Part shown: positions 28,619-40,343 of the stretch, in pieces | Layout: every line of letters begins with the position of its first letter | How positions within the stretch are numbered: the stretch's first letter is position 1 | Assembly (NCBI GenBank): GCA_964016885.1 | Contig: OZ024754.1 | Coordinates: forward strand, 34,534,001-34,598,000 | Origin: Eledone cirrhosa | Taxonomy: Eukaryota | Reading direction: 5' to 3' | DNA length: 64,000 nt | The notes under the pieces: model-generated | Databases searched by the model: none | Told to the model about the DNA's origin: nothing | The model's input: only the letters and a program-made list of their open reading frames with translations | Position numbers and translations under genes: made by a program

Positions 28619-28689
28619 AGCTTCTGATGAAAACCTATCTAAAGGCTTAGCATTACGTAACAGATACCATGGAAATACGTATTACAGCT
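28619..28689 (+). ncRNA. Degenerate hammerhead ribozyme motif
   Basis: AGCTT-CTGATGA(28624-30)...TATCT/AGATA...GAAA-T-ACGT-A-TT-ACAGCT; base of stem II poorly paired; (TA)n about 55 nt downstream. Confidence 0.45.
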
Positions 28690-29532
28690 ATTACATCATA
28701 AATAAGATGTAGTAAAATATAGCTTTGCTTTCTACTTCATTATTATATATATGTGTGTGTATGTACACGTGTGTATATATATAGATGTGCTACCCATGCT
28801 AGCGTTCGACATTAAACGATGATGATATATATAGTTTTTATGTTAAGTTTCACTCATTTCTACATTAACCAATGTTTCACAGATATAAACATATTTACCT
28901 GATACAGAGAAGTTTGTACCCACCCAAACCTGTGTGTGTGTGTCTGTATATATATATATCTTTGTGTGTGTGTGTATATATATATATATCTGTGTGTGTG
29001 TGTGTATATATATATATCTTTGTGCGAGTGTGTGTGTGTGTATATCTTTGTTTTGTGGTCTTTAACCTATCTGCTGTCATATGAAACAATTTCTGTCTAT
29101 TAACATCTCTCTACCTCATTTGTTTCCACCACCACCAATAAGCTCACATCAACATCCATTCTTTATCCTTTAGTGTTATTTTTACTTGTTTCTCCATAAT
29201 TCCCTGTTATTTCCTGGTCATGTACCTCACCTTATCTTTCAATTTCCTGCTGCTATTTACATACTTTTTCACTTCTATATTCTATTTTATTTGTCTTCTC
29301 TTTTCTATTCTCCCTTCTTTCTATCTCCTTCTCTTACCACATTTCAAAACAAATCGACTAACTCAATCTCCTCCATTCACATTCTCTCTTTCTCTCTCCC
29401 TCCCTCTCCCCTTCTCTCTGTCTCCCCCACCCCCCCAATCTCTCTTTCTCTCTCAGGTAGATATCTGACCTCATGACTTCAAACACATGAAACAGTTTTA
29501 ATGTTATAGATGTCATTTCTGAAGTAAATTAT

Positions 29533-29572
<40 letters not shown>

Positions 29573-29849
29573 GGTCTCCTCCGATCCTCATTGCTGAGGG
29601 TTGGGGACCATGGACAATTACACCAATGATCATCGATGTGATGCTGTATATCCATGATTCGGAAGCTAGCTAGCAAACTGCACCTCATCCACCTTCCTTA
29701 CAAGGATGAAGGTGTTGATTACGTGAAAGGTTGTCTTTAAAGGTGACTAAGCAGTCTCATTTAACTTGGTTTTGAAATCAAAGTGATCCTTCTCTTAGGC
29801 ATACTACCAACCAAGGCTAACGAGCTCTGCTTACCCATCCTTATATTTT

Positions 29850-30212
29850 CCACACACTATTACACCTCCCACGCTCAAACGCTCTACCCACATCCTAATC
29901 ACCCCACCCTTTCCCCCACACCTTCACACCCCCTGCCCCAATCCCCAGTCCATACTAATGTGATCATTTTGTTGCCACAACAAAAACTGCCCAGCCCACA
30001 CTGTAAAGTGGTTATGTAGGTGTCATGACAAAAAGCACCCAGTCCACACTGTAAATGTGGTTGGCATTAGGAAGGGCATCTAGCCATAGAAACCAAGCCA
30101 GAAACAGTTCTGTATGAGCAAGACACGGTTGCCTAATTGAACTTGCCTCAAATGGGACAATCCCTCTAACCCATGCTAGCATAGAAAATAGATGTTAAAT
30201 GATGATGATGAT
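29850..30212 (+). mobile_element. Old RTE 3' UTR fragment (C-rich segment plus tail)
   Basis: C-rich tract, then CCCAGCCCACACTGTAAA modules, AGGAAGGGCATC, CCCATGCTAGC, (ATG)n; same layout as 1-298. Confidence 0.65.
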
Positions 30213-30341
30213 AAACTTTATTGCTAAGTGATGTCTTATTATTCTGGAGTTTCACTTGTATACTCACAGGATCATCAGACAAGATTTGTTTCATGGTCCT
30301 GTGAGTAGCAAGCTATGTATGCATATATATGTCTACATGTA

Positions 30342-30377
<36 letters not shown>

Positions 30378-30410
30378 AAGATCAAAAGATGGTTAAAGGA
30401 GTTCAATATA

Positions 30411-30477
30411 TTTTATTATGCGCATTTCAAAAACAAACATCATCAAACAATAATATTTGTGTTTTCATCAGATAAAA
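30411..30477 (-). ncRNA. Minimal type I hammerhead ribozyme (left-arm copy)
   Basis: Exact reverse complement of 30632-30698. Confidence 0.8.
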
Positions 30478-30631
30478 CAGGAGAACATGATATGAAGGCT
30501 AAAAAAACACTTGTTGATAGTGCAGTTTTAAATCAACATATCCTATGTTGATTTAAATCAACATATCATATGTTGATTTAAAACTGCACTATCAACAAGT
30601 GTTTTTTTAGCCTTCATATCATGTTCTCCTG

Positions 30632-30698
30632 TTTTATCTGATGAAAACACAAATATTATTGTTTGATGATGTTTGTTTTTGAAATGCGCATAATAAAA
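30632..30698 (+). ncRNA. Minimal type I hammerhead ribozyme
   Basis: Stem I TTTTAT/ATAAAA; core CTGATGA 30638-44; ~15-bp stem II 30645-30680; GAAA 30681-84; stem III T-GCGC-A with palindromic loop; AUA cleavage after 30692. Confidence 0.82.
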
Positions 30699-30821
30699 TA
30701 TATTGAACTCCTTTAACCATCTTTTGATCTTATATTATGCATACTCCAGTCCCACAAACTATAGAGTGCTTCTTATCCGATATCTGCATTGCTTTATTGT
30801 ACTACAATAAAACTCACCTCC

Positions 30822-30858
<37 letters not shown>

Positions 30859-31022
30859 ATAATTGGGGAGGATCATATTGTTGTAATAATATTGCCATTG
30901 GTTGGTTTTCACTTCTTTATCTTTTATATCAGTTAATTCATTCGGTCCTCAATGTTTACCATTCACTGACCAACCGTCAAAAATACTGATATAATATAGA
31001 TATAAACACATATATATAGTCT

Positions 31023-31064
31023 AACAAAGTTCTTTCGTTGCACATCTGCAACATCGTCAGTGGT
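31023..31064 (-). ncRNA. Hammerhead-like motif, partly degenerate
   Basis: Minus strand ACCA-CTGACGA-T-GTTGCA-GATG-TGCAAC-GAAA-GAACTT-TGTT: perfect 6-bp stem II between intact core boxes; stems I and III imperfect. Confidence 0.55.
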
Positions 31065-31669
31065 GCTATTATGTTCCTCCTGTTGTATTGTATATTTACG
31101 CCATCTTTATTTTATCTGTTTATTTAAATATATATATACAAATAATGAATCAAAACATATCAAATGTTTAGAATTTTGTGTTTCTCGATAAGCAAGCTCA
31201 ATAGACTTTATCCACCTTGTGTCTAACATCTCCCTACCTCATTTGTCTATTAACATCTCTAGTCTAGTGAAATTTCACTATGTGCTGCTTAGCATGGTGG
31301 TCGCGTTGGACTTAGCTGTGGATATTCCCAGGTATATTGTTTTATTCTATATTTCCCTTAGAATGGTGAGACTAGACCTCCAATGAGCACCTGAGTCTCA
31401 TGTGGTTTAATCATAATCGATAGTTTGTCTTCGATGATCGAATATATTGATTGATTTTTTTTTTTCTTTTCGATGATCGATTACATAGATCGGTTTTTAG
31501 CCACACTCTCCAGGTATGAAATAGCGCTATAAGGTTTCACTTATGATTCCACCTATGTATATAATCGTGTATAGAATATGTATTTGGTATATATACAATA
31601 TACCATGTTTCTTGTGTGATATATGGCTCTTTCTCCCCCGGTATATACATATATCTCTTTATTTGGTTT

Positions 31670-31702
<33 letters not shown>

Positions 31703-31705
<3 letters not shown>

Positions 31706-31888
31706 TGAGATTCTACAGGACTAGAACTGTTTCATTCTTTAGAAATCATCAGGAATCTGATGATTTCTAAAGAATGAAACAGTTCTAGTCCTGTAGAATC
31801 TCATCTATATTAAAACTTTTATACTCTGCTATGTATTGAGTACCTTACTTACTGTGGTTACCTCCGATTCAACCCGGAATAACTTATC
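31703..31888. mobile_element. Fold-back element with 50-bp perfect arms and hammerhead core at the apex
   Basis: 31703-31752 / 31757-31806 inverted, 4-nt loop; CTGATGA 31757-63, TTC-TAAA-GAA, GAAAC 31776-80; microsatellites on both sides. Confidence 0.7.
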
Positions 31889-32089
31889 TATATATATATA
31901 TATATATGCATGCATGCATATGGAAATATTTGGTCTGGTGCCACTGGGAGTTAAGACATCGTTCTCGAAGTGATGCAAAACCAGTGACTTGATGTCAACC
32001 AATGCTATTGACCTATTCTTCATTTTGGATATCTGTAACTGTTGTTCAGAGAGTGTATATATATATGTTGGGTTGTACACTCCTCTCTA

Positions 32090-32660
32090 GGGAAAGCCTT
32101 TTTGTTTACAACGATCAGTCTGTCTCAGCTTTTGGTAAAGATACAATTAATCCAGCTTTTGCACTTGCCTGTCTTGTAGGTGATCAAGTGATTGACTGGG
32201 TTTCTAAAGTTAGTGTTGCAGATAATCAGACCATTAGCACTCAAGGAGCTTCCTTATTTCTTGCACTGAATTCAAAGCCTCTGTTAACACCATGGAAGCC
32301 TTCACAGCATTACCCAACAACCTAACATGATCATTGAAATCACCAGCCATAATTATAATGCACCATCACTTATTAAAGAGGTAGTTTGCATAAGGGTTTC
32401 ATAAAAGTGGATCTCAATTCATCTGTCCATCCTGATTGTGGTGCATATGCAGAGATAATTATCACAGTTGGTTTACTTAGGACCAGTCTAAGCTTAAAAA
32501 CTTAATCACTCAACCCAAGCTATGTCAATTACCTTGTTTACCCATTTTTCTGCTTACAGGATACCTACACCTCCCAGCCCAGAAGAATTTGTAGTGTTGT
32601 TTTTTACCCATAATGAACTTGGCTGATGTTCCTCTCCATCTAGTTAGTCTCTTGTATATA
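32090..32660 (-). mobile_element. Degenerate RTE AP-endonuclease region
   Basis: Peptide remnants WRGTSAKFIMGK..HYKFFW, IISAYAPQSG, MAGDFNDHV, IICNTNFR.PVNHLITY. Confidence 0.8.
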
Positions 32661-33479
32661 ATACACACCCAGTTGCTTTCATTCTAGTAACTCTACAATC
32701 TCACATGATCCCTCTTTCATCATTGCAACATTGATAGTGGTGGCCCTGAAGATTTGAAGTTTACAGGGAGGGGGAAGGATCTAGAAGGTAGGTTGATTGA
32801 TATTGGGTTTGGTTTTCTGTGTCTGGGATGTAGAGAGTTTGAATGGTCTAGCAGTCATATTTGGGAACATGGTGAGGTGTTTTTCTGAAGTGATCTGTCA
32901 TATCTGTTTTGCTTATCCTGAGGAGAAAATGCTTGTTTGATTGGTTAGTCAGGGACTGCTGCTGCTGGTTTTCTGGTGTAGGCAAGAGAAGGGACAAGAA
33001 ATAAAACTTTAAAAGAGAAAAAGACAAAAGAATAGAAACGTTATGGTTAGGACAGGAGAGATCGTAAAAGAGAAAACAACTGCTCTAGTGATGGTGATTA
33101 AAAAAATGTCCCAAATACACTCTGCAAAGTGGTTGTCATTAGGAAGGCCATCCAACCATAGAAAACTTTGCAAAAAAAGGAAGAGGATTACTCATTTTTG
33201 TGAAAGACATGAAAAACCTTCCTAGTGTTGGTGTTGTGATAAAATGCACTCAGTACTCCTTGTAAAGTTGTTTGTAGGAAGGGCATCTAAGCCTTAGAAA
33301 TTATGCCAAAAGTATTGAGAGGAGTCTTATTGTGTCAAGAACATGACACCATTGTTACTGCCAGTGGCACAATAAAATGCACCCAGTACACTCTGTTAAG
33401 TTGTTTGTGATAGGAAGGGTATACAACTGTTGACACATGCCAAAACCAGAATATATGTAGGCTGTGGCCCCAAGATTAT

Positions 33480-33800
33480 GGAACGAATAACTCTGTCAAA
33501 TGTCTTCTCTAAATTACTGAATATTAAGATACTGAGGTTTACTCTGAGCTGTGTACTTCTTCAGTTGTTTCACAAGAGGCCATAAGTAATACCTGTTCCT
33601 GCTATAAAGCCAAACTGCATTTCATCTAGCTGAATTCTATCTCAAACCTGTTGCACTCTCGTAATGAGTAACTTGTCACCTACCATCTTAGGTATTTTTT
33701 TCATCTTGGCAACAGCACCAGAAGGTCTAGCTGCATTCCTCACCATCTTGTTTTGTCTATCATAATTCTGTCAACATTGATGGCCAGGCCCTCAGTTGGG
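33480..33800 (-). mobile_element. Degenerate RTE RT fragment
   Basis: RIQLDEMQFGFIAG...VKQL.KYTAQSKPQYL, homologous to the start of ORF 299-1633. Confidence 0.7.
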
Positions 33801-34589
33801 TCTTCTCAGGGTAGGCCCTCACCATTCCATTTGTTTTATTTGTTCCACAATCTCTCATAATAGGACTTCCGTGCTTCTTTTCTTATTGGTATCAGAGTTC
33901 CGCTATCATTTTGAACACACTTTTCCCCAATAGCCCTTAGATACCATCACTATCACAACCTAGTAGCTACTCTATCCACCCTAGTGCACTTCGCCCTACC
34001 CATGTCCTCTCCACTACCACTCAGCTATTCTCTACATCACTTCACTCTCTACAAACCCCAACACTCTGGTAAATGTTCTCCCCCACGCTATTGAACACAC
34101 TATCCATACCTCCAGCACAATTGCCACCTAGGTATTCTCCCTCCCACTACATCCCCTCAGTTGTGTCAAGGATACAACAACCTCCCAAGTGTTTAAAGCT
34201 TGCCAAACAAAACATTGGGAGGACCCTTTAGTTGTGGGAAAAACAACCTCTAGTGCTATATGGACCCCTGGCCTGCTAGTACCCCCACTTCATTACTGAC
34301 TCTGTTTGTGAATATCCATCCTACCCTTGCTAGCCAGTAAAGTGGATGTTAAATAATGATGATGATGATATATATACACATACAAGTGTGGGTACAAATG
34401 AAAGAAAAGAGTAGGCAACCCATGTTGAGAATATTTATGAGGCACTAGTGAAACATGGGTTTATAGAAATGCTAGTATACACAGAGAAACCCCACTCACC
34501 TCAAAGAGAATTAGAAAAAAAAATGTATTATTGTTTAATCCTCCTTTCACTTTAGATGTATCAACTATAGCTAAAAGTTTCCTCACCCT

Positions 34590-35120
34590 AATTAGATGAT
34601 ACTTCCCAAATAACCACGAGTACCATAAGCTATTTAACTCCCATACAAGATATCATTATTTCCATATCATTACTTCTGGTACCACAGAAAAAAATCTGTA
34701 CTTACACAGACCCAACCATAATGCACCAATTGCTGAAACCCTACCAGTTTCCCTTTGGCAGTATCTTGCCTTGCAAAGCGTGTGGTCAACCCATTCTTAC
34801 ACCACCAGATGGTATTAAAGGAACTATAAAGGCCTAACAACCAATTTAAAAGGAAGATCGAACCAACATATGCACTTCTTTAGGTGCCGGAACAGGGAAA
34901 ATCCATCTCACTATCCTGTTTCAGTTGGAGGCTTCAAGACTAAGGGAACAATAGCGTCAACATTTAATGGCGCAACCTTGACAGGGAACCCTCCTTACTA
35001 CCTTGGAAGTTGTAATTGTCAACTTTGTCTCTGCAAAAGATTACACATATTGCAGTAAACTGTCATATTTATCAAAAAGAAAACCAATGCAAGGTTTTGC
35101 TGCCATTTGAGAAATGAAAT
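34590..35120 (+). mobile_element. Degenerate Penelope-like element, GIY-YIG endonuclease C-terminal region
   Basis: Remnants FPNNHEYHKLFN, NQHMHFFR, PPYYLGSCNCQLCLCKRLHIL and K...CCHL resemble the PY....CxLC..EK..I...LNKR.E....CRH ending of PLE proteins. Confidence 0.6.
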
Positions 35121-36640
35121 GGGATCAAAGCTCCCATAGTTCTGTGATGCAAATGTCTTGATAATCTGTAACACAAATTTCGGGAAACCAGCCAGCCACT
35201 TAGTCACCTATCATTCAGGTGAAACCAGATTGACTTTATTCTCAATAGAAAACAAGATAGGCAGATGGTCATAAATATTAGATCTTCCCTTGGGAAGAAT
35301 GTACCACCCATTATTGTGACTTTGGAGCATAATCTAGAGAGACAGAGAAATCTAAGATGGTCTGGTAAAGAAGGATATGGAAGCTTAAAGAACCATCAAA
35401 CAGTTATAGGTTTAGAGAGATACTAGATGAAAATGACAACAAAAAGAAGAATTAGAGATTTATAACATAAAGGAAAATTAGGATCTCCCTGAGATAACTA
35501 CTGAGGGTCACAGACAAGATCTTTGGCTGAGGAAAAGTACTCATCAAATGGAAGTTAACGTGATAGTGGAACAGTAGACAGGGCCATAAAAACTAAGAAA
35601 TAGCCTTGGAAAGAGTGGGAGGTGAGGGATAGCAAGGAACAATACTAAATATCTTGAATAGAGGCTAGGTGTCAGGATTATTTAGCAAAGAGAAAGGTAA
35701 AAAGAGATTTACCAATGTGTTGTGGCATGAAGATCAATGGCACAAAATCTTCCATATTGCAACACAGTGTAACTAAGATGTCATGGGGGAAATGTGTGTA
35801 CAGTATGGCAACAGCATACTTATCCTTGCTGACGCTGAAAAGAAAGGTACATGGAAATGCTATTAGAAGAGGTTGCTGAGTAAGAATGCATGGATTTGTG
35901 AGGCTTAACTTTAAGTAGACTCATCTGAGCCATCAAAGTTAACAACTGTATGGTAGATAAAACAATTAAGGATATGGAGTTAGAGAAGGAAGCCTGCCCA
36001 CTAGGGACTGTTGCTGAGATAGTTAAACCAGCTGGTGAAACAGGACACTGGTTAGTCACTCTCATAGTAAACCAGGTAGTAGGTGTCCTACTCAATGACT
36101 TTATGCTAGGAAAAAAACATTACTGATACCATCTTTCTAGTGAGACAACTACAGAAGAAGTATTTAGTGAAGAATAAGCCGCATTTGTTGACCTGGATCT
36201 GGAAAAGGTCTTTGACAAAATCCCACACTCTGTAATCCCAAGGGTAGGGGTGGAAGTTACTAAGAAAACTAAGTGAAAATTAATAATGATTTCTGATGTA
36301 GCCACAAGGCCAACAATTTTTTTGGGGAGGGGAAAGTCGATTAAATCGACCCCAGTGCATTACTGGTGCTTTATTCATCAACCCAATAAGGATGAAAGGC
36401 AAAGCTAACAAGGGCGAGATTAGAACTCATAACGTCAAGGGACGTAACTACATGCCACAAAGCATGTCTAATGCTCTATCAATACTGCCAATGTACTCCC
36501 CTTAGGTGAGAGTTTATATTGAATGCAGCAATTAATATAGTATGTAGAATTGTCAGCCCTCTCCCGTTCATTAGTCCTCCATGCTCTAACAGAGGAATTC
36601 AAGCCTAGCTGTCTATGGGAACTCCTGTATACTGATGATT
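35120..36640 (+). mobile_element. Decayed RTE LINE (APE end, linker, RT), interrupted by a SINE at ~36300-36470
   Basis: FCDANVLIICNTNFGKPASHLVTY; AFVDL.LEKVFD; LTEEFKPSCLWELLYTDD. Confidence 0.8.
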
Positions 36641-37379
36641 ACAAACCTAATCTTCTGCATACGTTCCATATTAGGCATGGTTTCGATGGCAGGATGCCCT
36701 TCCTAACACCAACCACCTTACAGTGAACTAGCTGCATTTTGTCGTAGAATCAGTATTACCACTGTACAGAATGTAATGGTTGCATACTATTATGACACAC
36801 CAGCGCTAGAGAGGATTGTCAGAGGGACCTCTCAACTTTGTTCACACTGTCAGTGCACTCACCACATTTCAGGGTTGGGACGTACTGCGTTCCATTGTGA
36901 CATCGCACTCTATGAAGTCTCTGGCTCTCTTAACACCTTTATTTTTAGTGTCGCAGTGCTTATGCTGGTGGGCGGGTCTTTTGTATTATGACACACACAC
37001 ACAGACATATATTGATGGTTAAAAAGCATGGGTTCTGAATATGCTGAGGAATGAAGAAATACATCCATAGTAGCAAGTCTCTCATACACACACACATACG
37101 TATATATATATATATATACGTATGTGTGTGTGTATGATATATATATATATATAAATATTAATGTAAAATAATATTAATGAATGGCAAGTTATTGAAATTA
37201 TCCTTGATTAAAAAAATTAACACACACACATAAAAACTCCAACTAGCATTTCTCACGAGCGAGTGAATTATCAGCTAGTCGTTTGGTGTTAACTATGCCG
37301 AGTTTGTTAGTGAGAACGAAAGAGCGGCTGCTATACACAGCTATACAGCTGCTGTGCTGTTTCATTGATGATGTCATAT

Positions 37380-37475
37380 TAGTGCAGCAACGACCAATCA
37401 AAGACATTACTTCTCACATTACACACGAAACTGACAAGCTAACTTTAGCCGCCATCTTGGCTCGACGCGTTCGCC
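37380..37475. promoter_or_regulatory. Candidate promoter of the MARK gene: CCAAT box plus YY1 motif in a locally CpG-richer, TE-free segment
   Basis: GACCAATCA (CCAAT 37394-98) and GCCGCCATCTTG (37448-59), ~1.3 kb upstream of the ATG. Confidence 0.5.
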
Positions 37476-37960
37476 TTGAGAAAAGATTACTACCGCACAC
37501 ACACATACATATAGAATGCACATAAACATACTCAAACAATAAACACACACACACACATTCATATACATACCGGAACGACACAGCCACATTCACTTGGTTG
37601 TGTCGAAACACGACGTCATATACATACACACACACGCACACTCGCTTATTGAGGCAAGTGCGTTACCTTACTTACGTACAAACACACAACACACACATAC
37701 ATACATATATATACACACATACACACACGAAGACATAGTTTTATATACTCAGTCGTTCAATAGAAGCGGAGGCTTAGGCGGATCGCATCGCATGATGAAG
37801 TGGGATTTGCAATATATTCGCTGACAGATTCCAGGAGTAATGGAGGAAAGGCCGACATTTCCCTCGCGATACTTTGAGAAACGCTGAGAGAATATTCCAC
37901 CCTACTACACACTCCGTGAGGAATATACACACACAGAGGATTATATATATATATATATAT

Positions 37961-37997
<37 letters not shown>

Positions 37998-38796
37998 ATA
38001 ATAATAATTATTATTATTATATCATTTTGCCCTGAAGCACGGAGAAGGTTTGCATTTTGTTCTAAAGAGCTAAATGCCTTCCTCTAGCACTCTGCACCTC
38101 AGTCCACACCTACTGGACAGAGCTTCTTCTTTCACTGACCTATTTCCTTCTATTCAGAAGGAATATCTAAAAGAACCACTGTTGAGAATACTATTTACTG
38201 GATAATATAATATAAAAATAATTTTACAGAACCCCCTCCCCACAAAAAAAACAACAACAAAAAAAAAGACAACAACCCACCTCCAACAACAAGAAGGACA
38301 AATTTACTGCAACACGAACCCTTCTCGTTCGTTCACGTTTCGGATCATTATCAATTTATCAAGGATATATATATAATTTATAGACACATATATGTGTCAA
38401 TGTGTATGTTATATACATACATATATATCGCATGTATTAAATGTATATAAAACAATAAACAATTCAACCAACTCGGAAAAAAAGGGAGATAGAAAAAAAA
38501 AAAACCCATCACCCCGCCACCACCACCACCAAGCTTTAAACAAAGTGGAGGCTTGTGTGTGTGTGTGTGTGTGTGTGTGTGGTTATTTTTGTTTTTAATA
38601 ATTTAACTGGCCATATATGTTGAGAAAAAGATAGGTGTATGTATCTGTGTGTTTAAATTACCTGGTTTTGTTGTGTGAGTGTGTGTGTGTGTGTGTGTTA
38701 ATTTCACTCACTCACTCACACTATAATTGAGTGTGTGTGTGAGACTGTTGTGTGTTTGTGTGTGTATGAGTGTGTATAACATATTAGCTATTCAAC

Positions 38797-38853
38797 ATGT
38801 CTACCAGACCCTTTTTACAGACGGTACACGAGTCGGTGTCAGTTGATCATCAT
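38797..38853 (+). CDS. MARK: MARK/PAR-1 kinase, first coding exon (MSTRPFLQTVHESVSVDHH)
   Basis: CAAC-ATG context; 19 codons resembling the MSTRTPLPTVNE start of vertebrate MARK3; perfect GTAAGT donor at 38854; phase 0 matches the next exon. Confidence 0.8.
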
Positions 38854-39421
38854 GTAAGTAATATCTATCATATATAATATAATATAATATAATATATACA
38901 TGCTTACTCTCTCACATACATTCATATATCTATATATCCATCTCAGTTTCTCTCTCTTTTCATACACACACACATATATATACATACATATATTTATACA
39001 TACACGCACATGTACATAAGCACACGCAAAGAAGATATATTTTCCGATATATATAGATAACGTGAAATGTTTTAAATGTAAATTTATTTCTTCCATATAA
39101 GAATATATACTAATGATAATCCATTGTCAGTATTCTTGGGCGCAAAGTGACAGATTTGGGGTTTTATGCAAGTAATTATATATATATATATATCTATATA
39201 TTATATATCTGTCTATATATATATAATATATGTGTGTTAGTATTTATGTGTACATCTCTCTCTCTCTCTTTATATATATATAAAGAGAGAGAGACATGTC
39301 TGTGTGTGTATCTCTGATATGTGTGTATATATATAAATAATCTGTATACACACAGATATATACACATATGCTCACCCATTTGAATACTTCTGTTAAAAAT
39401 ATTTGATTTTTCTCAAGTATA

Positions 39422-39504
<83 letters not shown>

Positions 39505-39662
39505 CCATATAGTTGGGTACTATTTATATGAGGATTGTTTCCATTGTATATTTCACATACTACTATCTAGTTCATGTATATTCTCTTTTTAAGTATGATT
39601 ACTTCATTTACCATACACACACTCATATCTATATATCAGTATTTGTGTGTGTGAGCAGGCTA

Positions 39663-39700
<38 letters not shown>

Positions 39701-40192
39701 TACACAAGTATATGCAAGTGTTTGTATGCATTTGAGCGTGTGCTCTCAATGTTTGTAAATGATCTGTATATACATTTATATCTATGAATAATTGTATGTA
39801 TACGTATGAATGTATATATACACATGGATGGGTAAACACAAATACACATATATATTTAACTGTAAAATGTCTATTTATCTATCTATCTACCTACCAACCA
39901 TATCCGTACGATGTTGACTGACGCAAGAATGAGTACTCAATATCGAAGTAGAGATTAATAATTCTTATTATGGCTAAGTGGTGAGTCTTGTTACGCTGGA
40001 GTTTCACCTGTATACTAACAGGATCGTCAGATATGTCTTGTATATATATGTGTATATTTTATTGGTTCCAATCATGAAACTCATGCTGGGGCACCTTATG
40101 TGAACGTATGTGTATAACCATGAATATCTGTGATACAACTCCATCAAGGGTGTGTGTATATATATATATATACGTGTGTGTTTGTATATATA

Positions 40193-40289
40193 CAGGGTGT
40201 CCCGAAAAATGTATGCAGACTTCAACAGCATTCTAATAAACATTGCCTGTACAGGTAATCAGTGTGTATACATTTTTTCGGAACACATT
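40193..40289. mobile_element. Tiny Tc1/mariner-type MITE (~97 bp)
   Basis: TA-CAGGGTGTCCCGAAAAATGTAT ... ATACATTTTTTCGGAACAC imperfect TIRs. Confidence 0.6.
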
Positions 40290-40309
40290 ATATATATACA
40301 TATACACAC

Positions 40310-40343
<34 letters not shown>

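Larger units (their letters stand above)
30371..30823. mobile_element. Fold-back element with ~170-bp apparently perfect inverted arms, each carrying a hammerhead, in (TA)n
   Basis: 30371-30541 is the reverse complement of 30568-30738; unique 3' extension to 30823; (TA)n on both sides. Confidence 0.85.
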
